Shown piece by piece: positions 1 to 11,537 of a stretch of DNA of 64,000 bases. Source of the stretch: Raillietiella orientalis (lineage: Eukaryota); NCBI GenBank assembly GCA_036172245.1, contig JAYWIR010000029.1, positions 1,488,001 through 1,552,000 of the forward strand. The letters are read 5' to 3'. Position 1 is the stretch's first letter. Each line of letters begins with the position of its first letter. The translations under genes and the position numbers were made by a program. The notes under the pieces are model-generated. The model was given only the letters and a program-made list of their open reading frames with translations, did no database searches and was not told the DNA's origin.

Positions 1-3000
1 CCTCTCGGGATTGAGCCTCTAAGGCCTCTCGAGATGAAATTCCGCGTGCTGCGTGGGCGGGGCACCAGGTGAAATCTTTAGCCAGCAGTGGTCACCGCCA
101 CACGGAAGAGGAGTCTTCGATGACCTCTCGCGATGTGTCGGTAGAGTGCCCTGGAGGACAGAGGCACGTTTAACTCTCGGGAGTGGTGATTTCCTGGAGA
201 GTGTCGTCCCAGGAAACGGAGAAGGAGCCGGAAGGGCGAGAGGGCGGGTGCAAAAGGAACATTCGCCGGCGCTGGGTCAATCCAAGATCGCCCTACCCCA
301 GTACATTCTCACCGACCACACCGCGGAGTCCAGGCGGCGAAAAGGGAAGCAGCGGAGCGCCAATCCCTGAGCCTTTCTCGCCGAGACAGATTCCTGTCCG
401 CATCTTCCTCTCCCCCAGAGTCGTTCTCATCTGTTGCGAGGGTCATTGCTCTCCCATCCTCTCCCTCTCTCCCGACCCCATGGCGAGCAGGTGGAGGACT
501 CAGGGAAGGGTCGCTCGGAAACGGCGCCGTGCCGTCCTGTATGTCAGCCCGGGCACATCCAGTCGGTAATCCGACCGGATGCTTCGAGATGAGGTCCCCC
601 ACGTGTGGCCAAACTCCTGGTAACGGGGAAAACATGGAACGGGAAAGCATGGCAACGCTCCCCCCTTGCTCGCCTGCGTAGGTCAGCAACGCCCGAGTTA
701 TGCCGCGACAGAGCGCTGCCGTCTCCCACTCCCTAGAGAGCCTTCGAGAAACTTTGAGAGGCTGAATCGCCTCGAAGAGATCTGAGCCCCCTTTCTCAGC
801 GAGGACGACCACGAGAAGAAGCGAGATGCCTCCTCGATAGCTTTCCTTCCTTACCGGCAGGGGAGCTAAGCCCCAACTTTCGCGCAGGGTCCCCCTTTGC
901 TGATGAGAGCAGCCGACACACCTCTGAGGGTTTGGGGATGAATTCGAGGCCGCGAAGGTCAAGGGCGCTTCGGGTACCGGGAGGTGCCTTCCGGAGATAC
1001 AGACAAGAAGGAAGGTACTCGAGGCAGGACACTTTTAGTCGCACTCCTTTGGAAATGGCGGAAACATCCAAAGTCAAACGAAGGGTGTCACTGTCATCTG
1101 TGGTCCAGGATGCGGAAAACGGTGGCCATAGACGAGAGCATCAGTGACATCCTCTGCCGTTGCGCGATCATCCACCCTCATCCGCCACTCTTCTTCTGTT
1201 CTTCTTCATCAGTGCTGTATCAGCTTTCCCTCCAGCTGCAGCTACAGAAGCGGAGCTTTTCAGAAGAAAATGGATGAACAGTGGGCGGAATATGCTTAAG
1301 CAGCCCCTGAGCTGCCAGGTGGAGGACCTCGCAGGATCCCGCTAGTGCCTCCATCAGATCACGAAGATCCATTTCTGCCCCAGACCCGGACGGTGTTTTC
1401 GTTGACCTCCGATCTGAATGGATGCCAGTTAGAAGGGAAAGCGTCGGGACACCAACACGCAGTCGGCGATTGCTCGTGGCAGATGCTGCTGCAAGCTGAC
1501 GAAACGAAACGACGAGCTCCAACATCTTGCAGAGTCGCGTGGAAAGCTAATGGTAAAGCTCCATCTGATGGGAAGAAGCAGATGTACCCAGGTTTCCGGA
1601 GCTGAAGAAAAATAGAGGTTTTCTGAGCGATACACGGAAGTGTGGAAAAGTAGCAGGCGAAACGCAACTGCAGTATGTCAGCGACCGAGCGACAGATTTT
1701 ACAAGAAGGAAATTTCTTCAGGACGTTTCCTATCACAGATCACGAATTCTTCTTACCAATGAGCAACGGCACATTCTCTCATATCTCTTCACAACGAAAA
1801 GCGACTCAGGTTGGGTGTCAGTGGCCAGGAACATGGCGCGATTCGATTCCGGAAACAGCACTCTTGCAGGGGCACCTGAACCTGATGAAATCCTTTTCCA
1901 TGGTGCTTCCCAAGTGACGAATCTGTCGCTGTGCTTTCTAAGGGCAGTCAGGCAGCTTTAAATGATATGATGCAAGCATTTACGGACACTCCGAACCCGC
2001 GGGTCATTGAGCCTTCCAGGAGAAGGACAGGCTGCGACAGCCCTTGTGATGAACCTGAGAAAGAAGACTCCTCTTGTTTGCTTTTCATTGATCTGAGATC
2101 TCTTGAACAGGAATTCACGAGTAAAATGGCTAGCAATACATTCACCAGCCCCGAGACTCGGGGGTGCTACCCACGAGTGCGGTCTCGCGCTTTCAGAACG
2201 AAAAAGTGGGCCCTCCTCTATCAGAACTGCGGTCTGCATCCACGGAAGCCTCTTCACGACAGAAAGTCTGCCATTTTTTTTTTTCCATCATCGAAAAAAC
2301 TAAGTCAGGGCCTGCTTTCAAGGTCAGAGTTTGGCGTCAGATTCCGGTACATAAATGGAACCTGCCAGGCTCACTCAGCAGCCAAGCCACAAAATGACCA
2401 AGTTTATGGATGCCCCCAGGCACTGATTCGCAACCAGAGAAGGTGAGACCGCACCACGCGAGTAGGTGAGAACAACCTCAAGGCGGGAGAATCAGATCCT
2501 CCTGCCTCGCTCCATCCGTCCACAGTCAAGCCAACTTGTCGAGCTCCGAGTCTTCGAAAGATTAAGGAAAGAAAGATTAAGATTAAGAGAGATCTTTGGC
2601 GGCCACGAGGTGACAGGAGGGGTCCTAGGGAAGGAGGCAGAGACAGCAAAAACGGGGCACCGCAGTTAACAAAAATAGCGAGAGCCCGGGAGGAAGTCAA
2701 AAGCAAACAAACTGTGGCGACCCTCGGATACTGCTGTAACCGCTGGAAAATACGGGGAGACGCACAACACCGCGCGAGTCAGCTCCAAGGAGCGTCGCGT
2801 GACGCCATGACTTCTTCGGCAAGCAGCAACGACTCTGATTTCCCAGCTGTTCAGCCCACGGCAGATGTAGGGGGACGGAAAGTTGAAAGGAAAAGGGGTA
2901 GTTGGGAAACATAAGATTTCGTCTCATCCGGAAGCCACCGGCTTGTTCTCGAAATCTCTCCCGGGATCACTCGCAGCATCTTCTGCCAGCTTCAGCGAAA

Positions 3001-4658
3001 CACGCTCCCTGCGAAACCACGACAGCGATGGCGCGGTTGGCACGCACCGGCAACGATTCCGCTCCGAGACGAGCCAGGGCTGCATGTAAATTCATCCCGA
3101 AATTCTCCTCCCTCTCAGGGGCTGAGCACCACACGGAGAAGAGCTCCAAGCGGCCAGCCGGAGAACTCAACAGGCAGCGAGCATACAAGGATGACGGTTC
3201 AGTCCGGCTTTGGCGCAGTCTCGACGAGTTGCGCCGCCGTAGGAACCCCAGCGGAGTTGGATTCCGTGGAGTCGCAGGAGGATCCCACGTGCCTGCTGCT
3301 TCCAATCAGCTTCCTCCTTCTCGGCGGGTGAGAGAGCAGGCAGCATCCCGCCTCACGCAGGCCGTCGGGAAAGTTGAATCCCGGCATCTTTGTGATGTCA
3401 TCCGAGCCATGTTGGTGATGAATGCTCCCAATACTTGAAGAACAAAGGTTTCTCGTCAGACCAGCGTTCTTTCGAGAACAAAGGTGCCACCGTGGGTCAC
3501 AAGAGAAAGTGAAAACCCACTGTGCCTTGCTGCACTGCGTCGCCCCACGGCCGTCTCGCCGACACACTCTTCTCGTTACGAAATCGAATCTGCAGGTCAG
3601 TGTTTTCATGAGATCTGCCAGTGGTCTTCTCGTTTGTATTCTTGCCCGTGGGTTGCTGGTGGCATCTAGAAGCAAGGAGTGGAAACGTAGGTCTCCGGAT
3701 CGCACGGAGCAACCGACACCGAAACAACCACGCGAGTTCTTTTGCGGCAAAGAGCTGATAGCCAACCACACGAGATGATGTTCTTTTTCTCCTTCCCTCT
3801 CTCTGTTTCTGCTACTGTTGGTGGCTTTGGTGGGTGGTCTTGGTGGTGTGTTTTCGTATCGCCGAATTCTTAAATCGAGATCTCCCATACTGTCTCATTC
3901 CGCGAAGACCACGGACACCGAGAACTCTAGGTGTCAGAGACAACAACCAGGAGGAATTCCTGCAGAATGAAGGCCGGGTCCAAACAAGCAGGAAAGGAGT
4001 GCTTTCAGAAATGCCTGTTGCGATCAGGTGACACACTAAGAAACCAACCAATGTAGGTTCTCGAGAGAACATGAGGAAAGAGAAAGTCTCGCAGACAAAT
4101 CGACGAGGTCTCTGCGACGATCTCGAAAGGCAAGTCGGTGTTGTTCTGGCTCCGCCTTGTAATCAGGCTACAGGTTTGTCTAATGGTGGCTTTTGCATGT
4201 GGAAGGACCTCGGCCATTTCCGTGGGATCATCTCTTAACCGGAGCGGTCTGCGGAGCAGTTTCCATGATGCGGCGTTCAAGGACTTCGAGGAAAGGAACG
4301 GGTTAACCGCAAAATGCGTGCAGGTGCTCCTTTGGGAACGGCTCACTCCTGAGCACTGGAAGAGAACAGCATTGCGATGGACGGGAAAGTCCTGCTAGAC
4401 GCACATGAGATCTCACGTGCCGGGAAACACACGTGTGAAGCCCAGACGGTCGAGTGACTCTGAAAACGGAAAGAGCCACGGCCACCAAGTCTCGTGATGA
4501 AAAATTCGCGTCCTCCCATGGGAAGCAAAGCGACGTCCACGCATTTCGTGTTTCTGCATGGTTCCCATGACATTGAGAAGACTTCCGGCGGTTGCTTGAT
4601 CACACCTTCATCGATCTGACTGAATTTAGGATAGAAATCTGAATTTCGCAGCTTCGGT

Positions 4659-4677
4659 TTGTTGTTGTTGTTGTTGT
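4659..4677 (+). repeat. (TTG)n microsatellite
   Basis: About six tandem TTG units. Confidence 0.8.
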
Positions 4678-5797
4678 CGTTCCCTCGACCCAAGCGTACA
4701 CCCTTCTTCGAACACTTTATTTATTTCCTGGAATTTTTCTGGAACAAAATCCGATACCACTTCGTGATTCAGCGATTCCACTCTGAAAACTTAGGAGCAG
4801 GAGCGCTTCCAGCAAACGAAGAGACTCCACTGAAATCCGTGTAGCGTCCAACGATAGCATCCTCAGAGAAAGCAGCATTCTTTTTACAGGCCCCATTCGT
4901 AATCTGAGAAGCACATTTCGGGCGTTCCCAGATTGTTTTCTCTTCGCGCATAGTCAGGAACAAAGCGTGTAAGTTGGAAAGCACAGATGCACCATCGTGA
5001 GATGATCTTCATTTACGTTACTCCTCAAAAGTGTTTTGAATTCAGTTGCAAAACACAATCACAATGTTGGCATTAACCTTGGGAAAAAAACTTCTTTGGA
5101 AGGGGAGGACCGAGATGGTGGCAAATCGTAAAAGAGGAGAGAGATGCACTGGGAGTGGGAACGATTTCGATCCCAGTCGTGATTTAGGGAAAATCAGGCG
5201 TTGGTTGACCTGCCACCCTTGACAAGGGGTCTCCTGACTTGCTGATACACGCGTACAAATTCCGCTTCCACTTCCTTCCGTCCAATTTTCGGAGATCTTA
5301 ACGGGAAGTCCTTCCTCCTCGTTTCAAGGGTTGATTGAAGTCTTTCTTTTCATCGATTGTGTACCCAGAAGACGTTTCGCCGTGGCCAGCCTAAGCCGGC
5401 AAAGAAACCCTGCATGCGGTCCGTTGTGAACCGTGAATTCCTGTTCAAAAGAGATTTCAGATCAATGGAAAGCAAACACGCGGAGGAGGATATTCAGAAA
5501 TGGAAATCAAGCACTTGAAGGGAAAAAAAAATCGGGATGCACCGATACCTGCAGTGCGTTCCGTGAACTTAATGATACAAGAGAAATATGTCTCTCTTGA
5601 AACTAACGACCGCTGAAAGTAATTGACGATCAGTAATGATTAAAGCTAATTGGCTAATTGGCTGGATTATATAATCATTTGTAACCGTCAATTTGTTTAC
5701 TGCTACCCAAATGATCACGTAATGATTCCACGATGTAAAAAAGTCGTTACATAAGTCTTCGATTATATGCTCTTCCTAAATGCTCACATCCCTGTGG

Positions 5798-5825
5798 GTG
5801 TGTGTGTGTGTGTGTTTTTTTTTTT
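5798..5825 (+). repeat. (GT)n microsatellite followed by a poly-T run
   Basis: gtgtgtgtgtgtgtgtg followed by a T run. Confidence 0.8.
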
Positions 5826-7409
5826 ACGGACGTCCGAACACGAAAGTTTCAGGCTCGACTGCGTGCCGAAAGTGGAAAACACGTGAAAGACGGAGAGGCG
5901 AAGAACGGCGTTTTCGGCAGTGCTTTACCGTGGTGATACTTTCCGAGAAGAGATCCTCAGTGTATGCTCAAAAAAATAATCGAAAGTCATGGCATAATGA
6001 TGGAAGACCTTCCATCTCCAGCTGCAGATTTTTTAAGGGGTGATGCTTTAAACTCTAGTTCAGTGATATGTAATCCATGGTGATTGTAAAAAAAAAAAAA
6101 AAAAAAAAAAAAATGCTAGCACAGATTACTTCCATGTGCTTCGCATATTGAGTGGATTTTTTTTTTTTTTTTTTCCCCGAGGAATCCTTGTTTTTTTGAA
6201 AAAGAAAAAAAAACAGCAGTTCTGCTTTCAGTAATGCGTTGAGTTATTTCGAGAATGAATGAATGCATGATTTCCGACTTTAAGAAAAATTAGAAACCTA
6301 TTTCTCCGAAACGGTCAAACATGCATTTCCATCCATCCAAAACCAACAAGACTGAATTCGGATGATCGGCAAAAAAAAGAAAAAAGGAAGGAAAAAACCT
6401 TTAAAGACGTGGGCACTTGTTCTTTACCATCTGCATGTGCTTTTAAAAAGATGGAGATTCATCACAGCAAAAGCAATTTGCGCTTGATCTTATATTAGGC
6501 TACTGATTGATGGCAATCCTGATTTTCAAAAAACCACATTCAGCACTGAGGTTACTGGCGTCCCATTGAAAAGAGCGAGTATTTCACCGTCATGGCTCCT
6601 TTCTGCTGTCTGAAACTGGACGTCCAAAACGTGTGTGTTTCCTTCATTACTATTGCAGGCAGCATCGTTCCTCGAGGCACCTGTTCTGACCCGTGCCATG
6701 CGAGTTCAACTGACTCGACTGGAGGAAAATTCGTCATGAATCCTAAGTGATGCTTATGCCTTGCACACGAATTTTGCGTACGCCACGATTGCAAAGTTCC
6801 AAAGTCGGCTTTCAAAATAAAAAAAAAAAAAAGGAATCATGGAAAACGTGTGCTCATCTTTTGTTGGATCTCACAGGGAAATGAATTATTTTCTTCCGTG
6901 ACCAACACGTGGGTTTCCCGGATTTCTTTAAACAACAAGAAGGTTAAATAAAAGAGCACGACTCGGGATGCATGCTATAATTAATTAACGTCTCAGGATT
7001 TTTTTTTTTTTTTTCTCGAATACCTGGATCTGCCAATTCGAGGCGCTTTTCTTTTTCACACAGTGAAATCCCCACGCACATTTTTTTCCAAATGACTTTC
7101 AACGAGAAGATTCTCCGCACTCTTTGTCTTTGAATTTATAGAGTTGGCTTGGAAGTCCAGTTTGGAAAGCAAGGTAAACATCCTCCTCGTGCTCGCTAGA
7201 AAAGGGAGCGTCTGGTCTGCGACTTCCACAAGACGGTTTGTCGTGTTGCATACAAATTCCAGCTTCATGCGTGGGAAATTCCCTCTTCCAGAAACGAAGA
7301 CAAACCCTGGAATCAGCCGTAACGCTCGTTCTTCGGAAAGCAGCGTGGAAATGGGTGTGCTCCTTATGATTAGGAAACCGCACCCTACCTATTCAAACTA
7401 CCTGGTCCT

Positions 7410-7837
7410 ACATCGGCGCGACTGCAAGGTGGGGCATCACTTGCACGAAGAAACGAAGATGACCGGCATAGGGAGGGCGCCGGTGCACGAACGGGTAGGA
7501 ACGGCCGAGCCCGGTGGCCCTGATCCCTTGCCCTCCCTTATTTACTCCCTTTTCCTTTTGTATTCCCTGTCTCTGTTCGCACCACGAATTTCCCGGTGGT
7601 TTTATTTTTTCCTTCCGTTTGCATCCCGGTGCGTGCGGTGCGAGTCCAAAGATCCCTGCCCCACCCCACCCAGTCTCATTTATTATTGTTGCCCCCTTGC
7701 CCCTCCCCCGTTCCGGACCTCTCCTTTTCCCGGCCTGCGAGCAGGAGGACCCTCCCCTTTATTCCTTGTAGTCGCCGGTTGGGAGCTTTCCTCCCCAACC
7801 GGTTTGTTTTAATAAACGCCCCGGCGTGACCGGGTGA
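7410..7837 (+). mobile_element. 5'-truncated non-LTR retrotransposon (end of ORF2 plus 3' UTR) with a 16-bp target-site duplication
   Basis: Perfect direct repeat CAAACTACCTGGTCCT at 7394-7409 and 7838-7853. The element ends in AATAAACGCCCCGGCGTGACCGGGTGA, identical over 27 nt to the reverse complement of 40948-40974. Its 5' end encodes YIGATARW, versus YIRAAARW in the second copy. Confidence 0.85.
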
Positions 7838-9884
7838 CAAACTACCTGGTCCTCATGTGCCACAGGCTATTTTGAACCGAAAAATTGTCACCCCTGAAAG
7901 TTTCAGTTTCCAGTTCTCGTCAAAACCAGGTTTTTGTTTCGTCTGTATAGGGAACAGGGATCCTTAGTGACTAACCAGTTTCGTTTTTGCCTTTAGCTTT
8001 TCCTGGAAGCGGCGGCTCAACCGCAATCTCAACTCGGACTGCTGGTACGTGAAATTCGGAGGTTCGAGATGTATCGTTTCGCTCTTGAAACGCAAGGGAC
8101 GATGAACGAAAAAACAAAAGTACGTGCGGTGATCTGTACTTCGCTTTAAGGATCGAGTACTTACTCTACGAAGTCCTTCATGCGAAAAGCGAGGTCGCTA
8201 CTGAAGGATTCCTGCGGAATACAAAGTTCCACTGCCTTCTTTCATGGTTGTTGCAGACTGATTAATCGACTTCCTGCAAGCGGACCTGCAGACATGGGGT
8301 GTCGTTGGCAGTTCCATCAAAAGCACTTTGTTATGAGAAGGCAAAGGGGGAAAAAACTGGGTGAACACAAGCGGACGGCTAATAATTTCTGAATTACAGC
8401 AAAAGCCCAACGCAAGGCTGCTGCAGCCGGTGATAAAGTTCCTGACGATGTATTTGCAAGGCCATTAATGAAAATATATATACTTTCGTAGTACCCACAC
8501 TTTATTTATGCAAGCATGCGTTCTATCACTTTTTTTCAATGCTCCACGATGTTCAAAGGAGACCTCGTGGGAGAGTCGACAAATCTTTCCTTTTTTTTTG
8601 CACTGAAAGAGCTGTTGCCAAGATTTAGATTTAAATTTTTTGCTTGTGGTTTTTTCTTCTGGCAACATGCTTCAACTTTTCCTGACGTTTACTTCATCGA
8701 AAATTCATTGATCAAAGTGAAAGGGTTCCGGAGCTCCTCTCATGATATGATGAAACTAAATTCCAGTCCACTGCTTTTCTATTACCGTTTTCGTAATTGT
8801 CCAGAATTCTTCTAAACATTAATAACTCAATGCGACAGTGCAATAACCTTAAATAGCAAACCATAAATCCGGGAGCATTTCTTCGAATTCCGCTGGCAAC
8901 ACATCGGTGGAGAAAAAACCATTTGTACGAGAAAACGGCACCTGACAGAAACTCCTCTCAAAGAACCTCAGTACTCGAGTAACCGAAGGTTCGATTAAAA
9001 TACCACTGCACATCATGCTGCTTGAAACTTAACGTTTTTCTTGTGGGACCCGCTTTTCATTTTCAAATTTTCGCTATCGGCTACCGTCCCTTTTTGTTGT
9101 GATGGACCCAAATCAGATGACTAAGCAGGCCTTCCAAACAGCCATTAGGACTGTTTTCGGAAAGGTTCCCCGTCAAACATTCTTCTTGTCAATCAATGTC
9201 TTCCTTGGAAAGAAAGAGGGCATACTATTTTACAAACCCATAAAGGGTCTCCTACGTAATCTTACAGATTTTAAGTGTGTTGCATAAACCGTTTTTCTAT
9301 CAGTGCTTCAGAAGTGCCTATGTATGTTGTATCCTTGAAACAAACGTTCAAAGTTTAGAAGGTAACGAAATTTGAAACTACTACAAGCGAATTACCCCGG
9401 ATGATGACACTTACTTAAAGGCACCCGAAACTGCTCACACAACACAGTAACCTAATAACGAGAATCTGAGCCTGGATGTGTCTCAAAAGTAGTTATCAAT
9501 GCTGCATTTAAATTGTTTCTACAGCAAGCAACCGGAATGCCCCATTCTTCTATATCAGCAGAAAAATCTATTCGGAACCCGCGTCTATCCCAATTTCTTA
9601 ACCCATAATATGAGATGAGATGTGTATTGCAATTCCATCATAATAATACACGGGACACGTAAGTTTTTAAATATCTCACTGACATTACACAATCATAAGA
9701 TGCCTTTGATGGGCTTTGTATCTAAACACAGTACATAAATTCCATGTGGAACCGTTAATATGGTCCCAATGCAACCACTGATATCAACTGATGATTCTCT
9801 CAAGTATTTCATCTTTAACGAAAATAATTTGACGTGTTTCAATGCCAGTTGTATTTTCAATAATTTGAACATCCACTAAATAAG

Positions 9885-11537
9885 AATAATTTTATTCAAA
9901 ATGCGTACAATTTACAAGGTATATACATTAACAATATCATACATGCCTAGCACAGACGTGAAACTAGGCAAAAAATAAAAAATTCATGAAAATTTTAAAT
10001 TGACACTATGCATGTATATCAAACAAATAACCATGCAGTAATAGATTAACAATGCAAAGTTTCAAAACTAATAACTTAGCCACACTATCATGCACTTTTT
10101 TTCTCTTTTTAACTGGGAGTACATTCACTTTGCTTATGTACTTCTGTAATCAAAAACAAATTTGTAACTGAGTAAAGTGCCCTCGAAAGCACATCGAATT
10201 ATTTAAACAATTTACTTTAAAAACATTTCAACTTGAAGTTTGCAAATGAAAACTGATTCATTTATTTTGACCAACATGAACAATTTAATTTAAGGCCATT
10301 TAAGGTTAAAAATCTATTTTGAATTTCAAGTTTTTTTCCAAAAAATTATAAAAATAAGTTTGTAGCTGTTACCTTATCACTAATAATGTTAAATTCATTA
10401 CATAAATAGAACCAAACCAATTTAGCAGCATGCCTAACTTATGAGTGATACTTTATTTCTGGTGAAACCATTTTTACGAGGAGTCATTACCTTACACCAT
10501 GTTCTCATCTTTATAAATGAACTCGCAGAAACTGGGATTGCCAACCTAGATGAATGAAATAATGAATTGGCAGTACCAACACACTATTCAAAAAAACATT
10601 AAAAAACTTGGAAAGCAAACCATTCCTTTATTATTGAATAATTGACAAAGCTAACATTCAAATTATAAAATCACATTTAATAAAATGCCACAAACATAAA
10701 GAGACTTGCAAAGAATTACACTGTATTACTTAATTAAGATACATGTGATGCCTAATTCTATGAGCACATTCAAAATAATATGCAAACATATTCCTGTGAA
10801 AACATATCTAATCTTTCAACACTAAGGTGGCTGTACAAATTATTTCCGTACACATAAATCAAAACAAATAAATCAAATACAAAATACTAAACAAGTAAAC
10901 CAATAAGCTGTGCATAATATTAATACATTATTAATACTGACTGACCACCATGACTGGCTTACAAAAAGATGACTGATTCAACCAACCCTCTTGAAGTAAC
11001 AAGCATGCACTCCATCCAATAAATTTAAAATCTACATCCAAGGAACCTGCATCTTTTCCCTATATTTCCACATTTATTAAGTTAATAGAAATTTTTGGTG
11101 GAGTGTTTTTTTTTTTTTTTTTTTGCTTCAAAAAAAAAAAAATATGCCTCGAAATATGTCTACCAAAATTCCCATCTTAAAAACAAAACCCGAATTAAAC
11201 AACTGGGTATACCTAGGTATTATCCATGACTACTGAGTTCTCCGTATTTCAGAATGATGTTAAATGTTCGAAAATCACAATGAAGGGATACAATCATCAA
11301 CCAAAATTTAAATGCAATGTACATACAATTTTGATATTCATACATACTTCAATTTTAACAAATTTAATTTTTTTCATATGAATTGAAAGTTGGAAAAATT
11401 GTCTTACACTGAGCAAAATATTCACTTTCATCTTTCTAATTACAAGTTTGTTTTAATTTAAACACATAATACAAAGTAAAGTGAATGAAAATTGGCATTT
11501 ATTGATGGTAAAGTCTGAACAGTTATGAAAATTTATA
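9885..11537 (-). other. Probable long U-rich 3' UTR of the MYEF2-like gene with proximal and distal AATAAA signals
   Basis: Minus-strand AATAAA at 11498-11503 and 9891-9896. The sequence between is very AT-rich, U/UG-rich on the minus strand, and has no ORFs. Confidence 0.4.

Noticed and set aside
1..4900. Dense overlapping ORFs in the GC-rich left end, with a few exon-like minus-strand segments (e.g. about 856-924)
   Set aside because: No recognisable domain. ORFs occur in all six frames, as expected for GC-rich DNA, and I could not build a convincing exon chain.
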